From NCBI GenBank assembly GCA_012295275.1, contig CM022679.1:1736001-1800000 (forward strand): a stretch of DNA of 64,000 nucleotides, given 5' to 3'. Position numbers and translations under genes: made by a program. Under the pieces are notes generated by a model that saw only the letters and a list, made by a program, of their open reading frames with translations, had not been told where the DNA came from and did not search any database. Below, one piece after another: positions 39,850-54,100 of this stretch (its first letter is position 1; every line of letters starts with the position of its first letter). This DNA comes from Chrysomallon squamiferum (Eukaryota > Animalia > Mollusca).

Positions 39850-42800
39850 TTATTTATTTTTTTTTTTTTTTTTGTACTAAGTCCTTTTCTCTGTTGAAAT
39901 GTAACGTTTTTTCCTGTTTTAGAGTAAATATATCTTTGGTGAAATTAATTTCAGTTTCCTATGGTATGCATGATTTTACATTTTCCCATAATGTTATATT
40001 AAGAACTTTTCATGTTCAGAGAATAAATGTTACAAGATTTCTGGATATTTATTAGGGTATCTCATAAACTATTTGTATTATTCTTTTTCTTATAACGATT
40101 AGCATTATCATAAAAGAGAAACAGCTATCATTTTATCATTTATCATAGTACTGTCAAGTTCATTACAGAAAAAGCTGATTAAATGTTGACATTAATACAT
40201 TGCTATCATTTATACCTGACATTAGTTTGCATAACAATAAAAGAAAATTTAAAATTTAAAGCCTGAATCCTTGACAATAAAATTGGAAAGAACTGATATA
40301 AATGTATTGGAAATTTCACTTACTTTCATCACGCATCAACGTAACAAGTCCAAGAATGCAGACGCCAATAACAAGCAGCATCACGAGTAAAAACTCTTGT
40401 GTGCGCGCTCCTACAATAAAAACCGAGTAATTAATTTTAATTTAAAATGTAGAAAAGCTCTAAAAACAGCACTGTTTCAAATAAAATTCATATAAATATA
40501 ATCACTAGGAGGGGTCCATTGTTTATTAACTAATTCATAATTACAATTTTTAAAAAAGAATGCTTTTTTATTTATTTATTTATTTATTTATTATTATTAT
40601 TTTTTTTTTTACTATGTCCTTTTCTCTGTTGAAATGTAACGTTTTTTCCTGTTCTGTAGAGTAAATATATCTTTGGTGAAATTAATTTCAGTTTCCTATG
40701 GTGCATGATTTTACATTTTCCCATAATGTTATATTAAGAATTTTTCATGTTTAGAGAATAAATGTTACAAGATTTCTGGATAATTATTTAAAAAGCTGCA
40801 ATTGTAAGAATTGTCAGGATTCCATGTAAAATTCTAAACTGAAACGAGGATAAAGTTTAACATAATGCATTTCTCATTTTTTAGATCATATAGAGACCGT
40901 TTATGATTTTATTTGTGCTTGAGGAGTTTCTGTTTGGATGGTTAGTGTATTGTACATAATTCAGCAGTCAAGTTTCATCCTTTAACAAAACAAATTTTTG
41001 GCTTAAAATGAAAATTGGATGTTTTATTACAGTAAAGGTTAGGTTATGTAATCCTTACTTGTAAAGTACATATAACATATTTAACCGCGGTTATTAACGA
41101 AACATTGTGTGAAACTGATAGTTGTTTTTGTTTGAATTCTTTATACACAATAAAATCTTCTAATTCATTTAACAGATTACTTATAAAAACATTACCATTT
41201 TCCTTGCCTTTATTTTTTATGAACAAAAAAAAGTCGGTATTTATTTTATTTTATCCTATTTTATCTTATTTTGATTTTATTGTATCTGTATACATTTTTC
41301 GGTTGTAACAGATTTTAATACCTATACTTTGAGGATTTTGATTTTGTTTTATTTGTTACCAACTGTGTAAGTGTCTCATAAAATAATTTTATTATTCTTT
41401 TTCTTATAACGATTAGCATTATCATAAAAGAGAAACAGCTATCATTTTGTCATTTATGATAATAATGTCAACTTCATTACAGAAAAAGCTGATTAAATGT
41501 TGACATTAATACATTGCTATCATTTATGCCTGAATTAGTTTGCATAACAATAAAAGAAAATTTAATTTTTGAGCCTGAATCCTTGACAATAAAATTGGAA
41601 AGAACTGATATAAATGTATTAGAAATTTCACTTACTTTCATCACGCATCAACGTAACAAGTCCAAGAATGCAGACGCCAATAACAAGCAGCATCACGAGT
41701 AAAAACTCTTGTGTGCGCGCTCCTACAATAAAAACCGAGTAATTAATTTTAATTTAAAATGTAAAAAAGCTATAAAAACAGCACTGTTTCAAAAAAGAAT
41801 TATATAACTATAATTACTAGAAGTGGTCCATTGTTTATTAACTAATTCATTATTACAATTTTTAAAAACGAATGGGTTTTTTAGGCGTTTTTATTAGTGT
41901 TTTTTTTTTTTTTTTTTTTTTTTGTACTATGTCCTTTTCTCTGTTGAAATGTAACGTTTTTTCCTGTTCTAGAGTAAATATATCTTTGGTGAAATTAATT
42001 TCAGTTTCCTATGGTATGCATGATTTTACATTTTCCCATAATGTTATATTAAGAACTTTTCATGTTTGGAGAACAAATGCTACAAGATTCTATGTAAAAT
42101 TCTAAACTGAAACGAGGATAAAGTTTAACATAATGCATTTCTCATTTTTTAGATCATATAGAGACCGTTTATGATTTTATTTGTGCTTGAGGAGTTTCTG
42201 TTTGGATGGTCAGTGTATTGTACATAATTCAACAGTCAAGTTTCATCCTTTAACAAAACAAATTTTTGGCTTAAAATGAAAATTGGATGTTTTATTACAG
42301 TAAAGGTTAGGTTATGTAATCCTTACTTGTAAAGTACATATAACATACTTAACGGCGGTTATTAATGAAACATTGTGTGAAACTGATAGTTGTTTTTGTT
42401 TGAATTCTTTATACACAATAAAATCTTCTAATTCATTTAACAGATTACTTATAAAAACATTACCATTTTCCTTGCCTTTATTTTTTATGAACAAAAAAAT
42501 GTCGGTATTTATTTTATTTTATCCTATTTTATCTTATTTTGATTTTATTGTATCTGTATACATTTTTCGGTTGTAACAGATTTTAATACCTATACTTTGA
42601 GGATTTTGATTTTGTTTTATTTGTTACCAACTGTGTAAGTGTCTCATAAAATAATTTTATTATTCTTTTTCTTATAACGATTAGCATTATCATAAAAGAG
42701 AAACAGCTATCATTTTGTCATTTATGATAATAATGTCAACTTCATTACAGAAAAAGCTGATTAAATGTTGACATTAATACATTGCTATCATTTATGCCTG

Positions 42801-44260
42801 AATTAGTTTGCATAACAATAAAAGAAAATTTAATTTTTGAGCCTGAATCCTTGACAATAAAATTGGAAAGAACTGATATAAATGTATTAGAAATTTCACT
42901 TACTTTCATCACGCATCAACGTAACAAGTCCAAGAATGCAGACGCCAATAACAAGCAGCATCACGAGTAAAAACTCTTGTGTGCGCGCTCCTACAATAAA
43001 AACCGAGTAATTAATTTTAATTTAAAATGTAAAAAAGCTATAAAAACAGCACTGTTTCAAAAAAGAATTATATAACTATAATTACTAGAAGTGGTCCATT
43101 GTTTATTAACTAATTCATTATTACAATTTTTAAAAACGAATGGGTTTTTTAGGCGTTTTTATTAGTGTTTTTTTTTTTTTTTTTTTTTTTTGTACTATGT
43201 CCTTTTCTCTGTTGAAATGTAACGTTTTTTCCTGTTCTAGAGTAAATATATCTTTGGTGAAATTAATTTCAGTTTCCTATGGTATGCATGATTTTACATT
43301 TTCCCATAATGTTATATTAAGAACTTTTCATGTTTGGAGAACAAATGCTACAAGATTCTATGTAAAATTCTAAACTGAAACGAGGATAAAGTTTAACATA
43401 ATGCATTTCTCATTTTTTAGATCATATAGAGACCGTTTATGATTTTATTTGTGCTTGAGGAGTTTCTGTTTGGATGGTCAGTGTATTGTACATAATTCAA
43501 CAGTCAAGTTTCATCCTTTAACAAAACAAATTTTTGGCTTAAAATGAAAATTGGATGTTTTATTACAGTAAAGGTTAGGTTATGTAATCCTTACTTGTAA
43601 AGTACATATAACATATTTAACCGCGGTTATTAACGAAACATTGTGTGAAACTGATAGTTGTTTTTGTTTGAATTCTTTATACACAATAAAATCTTCTAAT
43701 TCATTTAACAGATTACTTATAAAAACATTACCATTTTCCTTGCCTTTATTTTTTATGAACAAAAAAAAAAGTCGGTATTTATTTTATTTTATCCTATTTT
43801 ATCTTATTTTGATTTGATTTTATCTACATTTTTCGGTTGTATCAGATTTTAATACCTATACTTTGAGGATTTGATTTTGTTTTATTTGTTGCCAGCTATG
43901 TAGATGTCTGATAAAATATTTGTATTATTCTTTTTCTTATAACGATTAGCATTATCATAAAAGAGAAACAGCTATCATTTTATCATTTATGATAATAATG
44001 TCAACATCATTACAGAAAAAGCTGATTAAATGTTGACATTAATACATTGCTATCATTTATACCTGACATTAGTTTGCATAACAATAAAAGAAAATTTAAT
44101 TTTTGAGCCTGAATCCTTGACAATAAAATTGGAAAGAACTGATATAAATGTATTGGAAATTTCACTTACTTTCATCACGCATCAATGTAACAAGTCCAAG
44201 AATGCAGACAATAACAAGCAGCATCACGAGTAAAAACTCTTGTGGTCGCGCTCCTACAAT
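39850..44260 (+). repeat. Tandem array of a 1268-bp unit (about three units plus an internally deleted first unit)
   Basis: Identical ORFs recur at 41044/42312/43580 and 41514/42782 (period 1268). The core CACGCATCAACGTAACAAGTCCAAGAATGCAGACGCCAATAACAAGCAGCATCACGAG occurs near 40330, 41642, 42910 and (with minor variants) 44176. Confidence 0.95.
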
Positions 44261-45934
44261 ACAGAAAATATAGTTTATTTTAATTAAAACGTGAAAAAGC
44301 TCTGTAAATCACCACTATTTGAAAGATAAGTAATCATATCATAAGTTTCACAACTGATAATTTTAAATGTTTGAGATGTAAAAAAAACTCGATGAAACAA
44401 AAAGGTATAATAAAAAATTATTCATTTAAAAAAAGTCTATCGTTTCATCATTTATTTATTTATTTTTAATTTTTTTATTTATTTAATTTTATTCATTTAG
44501 TTATTTTTTATTATTTAATTATTGTTATTAACTTAATTTAATTTAACAGTTTCTATCAGTACTGAAAACTATGGAAATCTATACCAGTATAGCGAAAGAC
44601 CCGGAAAATGTCCATTGTCTGTAATAACAAAAATAAATATCATCAAAATAAGTGCTAAAACGGTAAAAGTATTGATAGCGTAGTATTTAACACTGTAATA
44701 GTTGTCTAAGTTGCAGCATTAACAATAATGATGATGATGAAGATGATGATAGATTCGAAAATGCCTATTTTACCGATTCTTGAAATGAACACAGAATGTC
44801 AATGATTATTTCTAAAACTTCCGGTTCCGGTCAGAGTCATTACAGTGGGGAACCAAAAGAAAGCAGCATGACCCTTTCGTGTTCAATGTTCTGTTTATTC
44901 CAAAGAATTTTACACCGAGGCTCATTTCTCTTTGAAAATGATGACATCCTTTCCTGAAGTCCTTAATCAGACGGCAAATGATATATTTTTATAAAACAGT
45001 GGAGATACTTAATACAAACAGATTATATTACAGATTTTTTGAAAACGTTGTCCATTTTCTTCTTTGAGTTTAATATTTTTGGTTAACTGATGAGCTCTGC
45101 TGGAATATGATTATGAAATTTCAGTTTTCCTTATAAAAACTGCTGCAGTCTTATTTTTCTTAACATATTTCTTTTTTCTTTTAGAATTGTTTTCTTCTGG
45201 GGTTTTTTAAGAGCTTTTTTTCGTCTTCCTTTTACTTTTTTTTTTTTTTTTTTTCACTTTTGATTCTATGGAAAATATCACGTCCTTCATTCTAAGACTC
45301 TGGTAAGCAATCCTTTTTTTGTCTAAAAAATATCCGTTTAGAGGAACTGAAATTAAAGACGAAATTGGTAATAATTCCACACCGTGTACCATATTTCCGA
45401 AGAAAACAATTTTCCTTTCCTGAATTTAATCACACTAACATACAGATTATAAGTATCAGAATTTGTGTTCATTATTTCGAAAATAGTCAGATTTGAGAAA
45501 CAAAATCTTAAACACAAACATTTTCAAAAATGTTTTTTGAAATCGCTATTCTGAACTGATCATATAAATAGAAACAGTTTTGAAACAGCAGAGTCTTTAC
45601 ATTTGGTCGTACTTCAATAATTTATTTATATTCTTTAGGTTAGGTATTGGCTTTTTTCCAAAACAACAAAAACGTATGCTAAAGCATACTGCCTGAAATA
45701 ATGTACACACCTTATACAAACATGCTAAATATATGTTATATACATTCTACACAGATATAATTAAACCATCGTTACATACATACACACGGAATTTATACAC
45801 AACCCACATGTATAATATATCGCCCGGATGACACATCATGTAACATGGCTTTTACGATTCGTCGAGGATGATCAGTCGTTCAGCAGTTTTTTATTCCAAC
45901 ACATTTACAACTGAGCAGACCTGGCTGCCTGTTT

Positions 45935-46135
45935 GTCACCAATTCCCACCCAGTACGAATGACTGGTCTACTGAAGACTGTGGTATGTGATGTCTTGTGT
46001 ACAGGAAAGAACTCTTGCTGCCAGTGGAAAATTGTATTGGATTTTCTATCAAGACTTTCTCTGATTTACAGTTAATGTGACAACTAACTGCTGTAAATTA
46101 AATAATTATGTCTTCTAATGGTGTTGTTAAAGTAC
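45935..46135 (+). mobile_element. Probable decayed SINE-like interspersed repeat
   Basis: TCCCACCCAGTACGAATGACTGGTCTACTGAAGACTGTGGTATGTG...TCTTGCTGCCAGTGGAAAA...TAATGGTGTTGTTAAA resembles gastropod SINE bodies as I recall them; a related tail (ATAGCCGATGTGTTTTTTCGTACTGGGATGTC-ATTCATTC) lies at about 46520-46567. From memory only. Confidence 0.4.
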
Positions 46136-47252
46136 TTGACAATACTTACAATAAGCTTTGTGTTGTTGTTTGTTTTGGGGGGTTTTCAGAACGAGTCCTG
46201 GCTACACTGGTATAATAAATATGCATATTATTACTTAAAAGGCCCACTGACCTTTATATCTCACAAATGACACACTGGAACTCTTTAAAAATGTACGTAT
46301 TTAAGGACATGGATACTGTCTGTTGCAGTCCCGGATTCCAAAGGAACCATTTCATTGAGTGCATCCATAAAACAAGGGAGTGTATGTATATATGTGTTAT
46401 ATATTATTTTATAATTAGAAATAAGGTTGAAACTGAGAGCCACTGGACGCGCCTACGGTAGAAATCCTTTACTGATAAGCAGATATCAGTAGCCAAGTTG
46501 TTCATTCCTTTTATGATACCCGATAGCCGATGTGTTTTTTCGTACTGGGATGTCATTCATTCATTCCTTTTATAAATTAATTGTGACCAAATCCTAAAAT
46601 CTGAATAATTATGTAATCTTTCATATCTGAATAATCAGTTAAACTCCCATTATTACTGAACTGAATCGAGTGGTGACTGTTTTTTTGGATGGGACATTCC
46701 AGGAGAGAGTCATACTTATTTATATGTGAGAGGACCAAAATTAACAGGTTAATAAAATTTGTTAGATATTTACCCTGCTGTATTAATGTTTATACAAATA
46801 TTTTTTGATGTTAAAATATATAAAACGTTTAATTTAGTATTGGGTTAATTATTTACAGGCATATTTTTTTCTGTTCAGTATAATATACTTTATAATTATA
46901 CTTTAACTATAACATGAGATCGATTTCTTTCCACTTGAATTGATTAATCGATTTTTCCCGCTTGAATGGTTTATTATGATCGTTACCACTAACTACACGT
47001 AAACAGTGACAAAGATCCACACATACACACAACCACTCATTCAGTAGTTCTATTTATAAAAAATGTTATCCACTGTAAAATAAATAAATAAAAAATAAAT
47101 AAATAAATAAAAATTAAATTTGTTTAAAAAGTACATATTATAATACCGTTCAGGGGCTAACAAAATTCACATTCTTAAGAACAACAACAACAACAACAAA
47201 AAAAAAAAAAAAAAAACAGAAAGAAAAAGAAAAAGCAGATAAATATAATAAC

Positions 47253-47296
<44 letters not shown>

Positions 47297-47377
47297 ATAT
47301 AATAGCATTGTTTTATTTGTTGTTTTTGCCACATTTAAAATGACCATATACGCGCGAGCACACACATATACATACAC

Positions 47378-47410
<33 letters not shown>

Positions 47411-47944
47411 CATACTCTAAGAACGCTTTCAGAGGAATTGTTAATAACTCCAGTGTTTGTTGTGAGAGTACACGTAATAGTTATAATACCAGTTTAGAGA
47501 TACAGAGGTGTGTTTTGAGGTTGAAGGAGGCGGGGCTTTCGCGGTCTGCTATACGGAGAAGTGGGAGGTGCTAACGAGTACATTCGTGAGGCCCCAATGT
47601 ACAGGGATTGCCTTCCCATGTCTGACCAATCACAAATCAGGTCAATGTTATAATATAGCGCTAACGATCTATTTTTACCACCGATCTCTGACATTCTAGC
47701 CACAGTAAATGCATGACTTGTATTTGAAATAGTTTTAAATAAATAAAAAATATAAGTAACTAAGTAAACAAATTAATAAACAATAACAAACAAACACACA
47801 AACAAAAAAATAAACAGATAAATAAATAATACAAATAAACAGGTTATTATAAATAAAGCTGAGATAACGGGCAGTATGTTGAACTAAACACCGACCTTCA
47901 TACTTGCCATAACAAAATAATAATAGAGTAGTAGTAGTAGTAGC

Positions 47945-47990
<46 letters not shown>

Positions 47991-48598
47991 TGAAACCCGC
48001 TGTTTCAGTGTTAAATGTAATTTTATAAATTATGACAGCATATCGGTATAAAAATCTTTATACTACATTTGAAAACTAATTTTTTATTTTTTTTAAATTA
48101 GATTTCAAATAACTAATTTACAGTTAATGTGTTCATTTTGTACAAACACACACACAGACATTTTGCAGGTTCAGAATCTTTCCAACAGTAGTAGAAGCAG
48201 AACTTGTAGTTTAGTTTACTCTCCTTAATGGCTGCCAGGATTCATTTTGTAATTAGAGATTGCTTTCTATGTACTGTAACTGTCAAATGACCGACAACTG
48301 AAATCATATTACTATGATCGCCTTGTATACGGAAAGAGGTTGTCTATGACATCACAAGTAATTGGTTCTGCTGTTAATATAAACAGACTCTGGTTATTTT
48401 AAAAGCAATAATAATAAAAATAAAATACTGATTTAATACATTGCGCACTTTTTTATTTAATTATATATACAACGCAATTAATCAGCCATGAAATTATAAT
48501 GATATGTCCATCTTAACAATGTGTCTAATGCTAATAATAGATCTGAAACTTAAAATGGTGAACAAATTAAATAAATAAAAATAATATATAAACAACTT

Positions 48599-48651
<53 letters not shown>

Positions 48652-48654
<3 letters not shown>

Positions 48655-49335
48655 TGACTTGTGAGTTTAATTCGTTCCGTGACCGAGCTCGTAGCTCAAT
48701 TTGCTCATATATCAAATAATTTTTCCCAACAGAAATTAACTGAAATACCATTAATCCGTTCCAGTCTCCCCCATAAGCCACCCCAACTGTTTGGAACGTG
48801 TTTTTAAATAAGAAAAAAATGTATTTGTAAATGACAAATATTGTATAAAAACAAAATATGATGCTGGGAAGAAGTAAATTGGTTTTGTAAAGTGTATTTA
48901 TCTTGGAGATCAGACAAATTACTTTGACGCCTTTGGCTGGAGTTACAGCCTTTATCGACTCCATCTGCTTCAGTATGATACATATCATAGAAGTACTATG
49001 CTCGTACCGCCTAACCTTGTTGACTACACGCACAACTCACTCAAGTTTTTCTATGATTTCATGCTTTAATTCAATGGATATCTTCCGCTTCTTCTTCTCA
49101 GCACTGTCCTTTGCACTCACTTTCTTAGGATTCATGGTCAGAAGAAAGACATTTGGCAAAATACAGTACAAAACGCATGCAAAACACAACAGAGATGCTT
49201 CCAAAGTGAGGTAGCCACGTGACGTAAACGAGTGAGACGCGGGATGCTGGCCGGATGTTGTGTTATTCGTTCAGCCAACCATTGGCGGCGTATCTAAACA
49301 TCGCTCGTAACTCGGATGAAGTCCGTAAGGTTTTA
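48652..49335 (-). mobile_element. Tigger/pogo family internally deleted DNA transposon
   Basis: From ATG at 49135 the minus strand reads MNPKKVSAKDSAEKKKRKISIELKHEIIEKLE*VVRVVNKVRRYEHSTSMICIILKQMESIKAVTPAKGVKVI, a TIGD1-like N-terminal HTH. The typical Tigger 3' subterminal text GGAACGGATTAATGG...GGAACGAATTAAACTC follows. Confidence 0.85.
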
Positions 49336-50418
49336 TATATTTTTTTGGTTTTCTTTTCTTTTTTCTAATTATCAACATAATGTACACCAAGGTGGACATA
49401 ATGCTTATTAAATAGTTAATTAAGATATTCAGTTTTCTGAAAATTAAATAAGTATTAGTAAAGATAGAAATTTTATCATTTTAAAAATAATTTTTTTGAA
49501 GTGACATGGGTAAGTTACAATCTAAGGGAAAAAACTCACTGTGTAAATTTTTAACGGACATCTAAATGATAGATTTTCCATCATTATTTTCATTATGTTA
49601 CGCAAAAGAAAATAAAAGTCCAAGACGTTTGAGATGCACAATATTAGTGTGCATATATCTACGAATAAATAACAAATGTGTTTCAGAATTGAAGTAGTAG
49701 TAGCAGTAGTAGCTGCTGTTCTTGCTGTTTTACATATTAATGTATTTATTCACCAGTGTTTTGCAGCCTGAAGCTGAAGTATATCTATGATAATATTGTA
49801 CTCTTTTTTCTGAAACCCCAGCGTTACTGTCTGTCAAAAGATATCATCATCTTACCATTTCATTCATGTCTGTTCATTACTGAAACATATATATGTGTGT
49901 CTATGTATGGGTGTATGTAACATTTGCAAAAAATTATATATTAGGTACTTTAACATTTACAAAACAAATTAAGAAATAATTAAAAACATTTTTTTTTAAA
50001 TGTAATCTCCTTTATTTTATATATAATTATTTATGTTTTGGCACCCAGTCCTACTAGGCAGTGAAAATCTGTTTACCACAAACTGCATTTTAAAAATAAA
50101 AAATGTATTTGTGATTAAGTTTATTTATTTTTACAGATTAAACATTTAATATAATAAATTTTAACTAAAATCCTTTTCTGTGTATTTTGTCAAATAATGA
50201 CAAGTGTCGTCCAATTACTGCCCGTTATACAAGGTATTAATCTATTGATTTGTATTATTTATTTATCCATTTATCTGTTTATCTATGTTTGTTTGTTTCC
50301 TTGAATTTATTTATACATTTAATTACTTATTTACTTTTATTTATTTATCTATTTATTTTAACAAAAATGTTGATGAAAGAAATTTCTACATGTGCTGATG
50401 ATCAATAGATTATTTGAT

Positions 50419-50421
<3 letters not shown>

Positions 50422-50505
<84 letters not shown>
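50422..50505. repeat. (CT)n microsatellite
   Basis: Direct reading. Confidence 0.97.
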
Positions 50506-50509
<4 letters not shown>

Positions 50510-51176
50510 TTATTGCTGTTTACCGTTTGGATCTTCAGGAAATGTGTGAGATATAACAAAAGATAATAATAATAAAAAAAATATTTTAAAACGTTTATTT
50601 AATGGAGAATTTTAATATATGTTTAGGGATCTTTCTTCCACAGAGTGTTAGTTTATTAAGTAAATAAAAATAAAAATAGTCACAGTATAGAGAAAAATAA
50701 ATAAATGTAATAAAAATTAACGCATCTAATGGTGATTACTTGACTTGTGTACTTCTTTGAAATTTAAAGCTTTCACAAGTAATAAATTCATAATAAAATT
50801 TTATCAGAATGTAAACTTTCTTTCGACTAACTTCGTAATTCATAAAAACTACTGACTAAAAGAACTTTATAAAAAAATATATGTAATGAAGATTCATTTT
50901 CTAAAATTAACTAGAATTAACATTAGAATTAACTCAGTAGTTTTGTTGTTATCATTATTTTATTATTATTATTTTTTATTTTTTTATTTTATTTTTTTAA
51001 ATTTTATATACAATCACAGCCCAGTTTATTTCGAAATGTGCAATGCTTGGTTCACAACTCTATCATTACATTTTATATTTAGTTATTTATTTATTTATTA
51101 TTTGTTTTTGTTTCTTTGAATTTAAAATTTTCTTTTCTTTTCTTTTTTTTCTTTTTCTTTTTAATTTTTTTAATTT

Positions 51177-54100
51177 CTCTCAGTGAACTGTCTGTTGTAA
51201 GGGAGTTTATCCTCAGACAATCTGTGATCAGTAAAGCAACATAATTTCCAGTAACCATTTGATGAAACATTATTTTAAACTTACCATTTACTCATTTGGC
51301 TGATTTCGTTTGTGTTGCGATATTGTAAATTTAATTACTATTGAGAGGAAACAGTTTATACATATGTTTCACAATAATATTTTTTCTTATATAATTTAAA
51401 AATTCACAGGCTGTCACTGTCTTATTTTGGCAACACCTGGCAGCGCTGTTAATATTACTGATGAGAAATATCTGACCAAACTGGTCAAAAAAGATTTTGA
51501 TGTCAGTAATCACTTGGTTCATTCACAGTTTATATGTGTGTATTATTATATTAGAGTGTTTTACTCTTTCCTTTCACAGGACAACCCCATCTAAAATATT
51601 ACAAGATGACCCTGAACTAAAATTACCACCAACGTTCTAAATACCCGGGATACTATCACTTTTGTTTAACAAAATTTCACAGTACTATCTTTCCTAAAAT
51701 TGTATCTAATCTAAACATATAAAATTAATTTCTAAAGTGCATTTGAATAAAGCGAGTCATTACAGCATTCACGCTGGAATCAGCAGCAGCCGATAGAAAA
51801 AAACAAAAATAAAATTCCCGTTAAGCTGGTGTTCCTCGGGAACTGTGCATGTCAGATTAAACCAATGAGGAAAGAGAAATGAATGGTCCGATATCGTAAG
51901 CCACTTCTATAAAACAGGTCAGATAGCTGCGTCTTTTTGTTTGCGGTTACAGTGTTCGTTAACTTACAAGTGAAACGTTTAAATCGTTTTGAGTAAGTGC
52001 ATTTTCTATTATTATCTATGGTTTAACTAAATTATCTTCCCTATAACAAATTAAAACATTAATTCAATAGAGTTAATAAGATGTGAGTCATTATATTACT
52101 TCGTTTAGTTGTGTCTTGTTGCTATATATCTTTTTTGAATATACTATTTAGTTTTTAGAAACAAAATTTGTATAAAACATCGATTTTTCTTTTCTCTTCT
52201 TTATTTTTTTACTTTTATTAATTTCAAGAAATAAAATGTACCTCTCTCAATGAACTGTCTGTTGTAAGGGAGTTAATCCTCACACAATATGTGATCAGCA
52301 AAGCAACATAATTTCCTGTAACCATTTGATGAAACATTATTTTAAACTTACCATTTACTCATTTGGCTGATTTCGTTTGTGTTGCGATATTGTAAATTTA
52401 ATTACTATTGAGAGGAAACAGTTTATACATATGTTTCACAATAATATTTTTTCTTATATAATTTAAAAATTCACAGGCTGTCACTGTCTTATTTTGGCAA
52501 CACCTGGCAGCGCTGTTAATATTACTGATGAGAAATATCTGACCAAACTGGTCAAAAAAGATTTTGATGTCAGTAATCACTTGGTTCATTCACAGTTTAT
52601 ATGTGTGTATTATTATATTAGAGTGTTTTACTCTTTCCTTTCACAGGACAACCCCATCTAAAATATTACAAGATGACCCTGAACTAAAATTACCACCAAC
52701 GTTCTAAATACCCGGGATACTATCACTTTTGTTTAACAAAATTTCACAGTACTATCTTTCCTAAAATTGTATCTAATCTAAACATATAAAATTAATTTCT
52801 AAAGTGCATTTGAATAAAGCGAGTCATTACAGCATTCACGCTGGAATCAGCAGCAGCCGATAGAAAAAAACAAAAATAAAATTCCCGTTAAGCTGGTGTT
52901 CCTCGGGAACTGTGCATGTCAGATTAAACCAATGAGGAAAGAGAAATGAATGGTCCGATATCGTAAGCCACTTCTATAAAACAGGTCAGATAGCTGCGTC
53001 TTTTTGTTTGCGGTTACAGTGTTCGTTAACTTACAAGTGAAACGTTTAAATCGTTTTGAGTAAGTGCATTTTCTATTATTATCTATGGTTTAACTAAATT
53101 ATCTTCCCTATAACAAATTAAAACATTAATTCAATAGAGTTAATAAGATGTGAGTCATTATATTACTTCGTTTAGTTGTGTCTTGTTGCTATATATCTTT
53201 TTTGAATATACTATTTAGTTTTTAGAAACAAAATTTGTATAAAACATCGATTTTTCTTTTCTCTTCTTTATTTTTACTCTTTTATTAATTTCAAGAAATA
53301 AAATGTACCTCTCTCAATGAACTGTCTGTTGTAAGGGAGTTAATCCTCACACAATATGTGATCAGCAAAGCAACATAATTTCCTGTAACCATTTGATGAA
53401 ACATTATTTTAAACTTACCATTTACTCATTTGGCTGATTTCGTTTGTGTTTGCGATATTGTAAATTTAATTACTATTGAGAGGAAACAGTTTATACATAT
53501 GTTTCACAATAATATTTTTCTTATATAATTTAAAAATTCACAGGCTGTCACTGTCTTATTTTGGCAACACCTGGCAGCGCTGTTAATATTACTGATGAGA
53601 AATATCTGACCAAACTGGTCAAAAAAGATTTTGATGTCAGTAATCACTTGGTTCATTCACAGTTTATATGTGTGTATTATTATATTAGAGTGTTTTACTC
53701 TTTCCTTTTTCACAGGACAACCCCATCTAAAATATTACAAGATGACCCTGAACTAAAATTACCACCAACGTTCTAAATACCCGGGATACTATCACTTTTG
53801 TTTAACAAAATTTCACAGTACTATCTTTCCTAAAATTGTATCTAATCTAAACATATAAAATTAATTTCTAAAGTGCATTTGAATAAAGCGAGTGGCATTA
53901 CAGCATTCACGCTGGAATCAGCAGCAGCCGATAGAAAAAACAAAATAAAATTCCCGTTAAGCTGGTGTTCCTCGGGAACTGTGCATGTCAGATTAAACCA
54001 ATGAGGAAAGAGAAATGAATGGTCCGATATCGTAAGCCACTTCTATAAAACAGGTCAGATAGCTGCGTCTTTTTGTTTGCGGTTACAGTGTTCGTTAACT

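Noticed and set aside
41044-44233. Repeated 60-77 aa ORFs in the 1268-bp array
   Set aside because: Recurrence reflects DNA repeat identity; AT-rich, no motifs, both strands affected.
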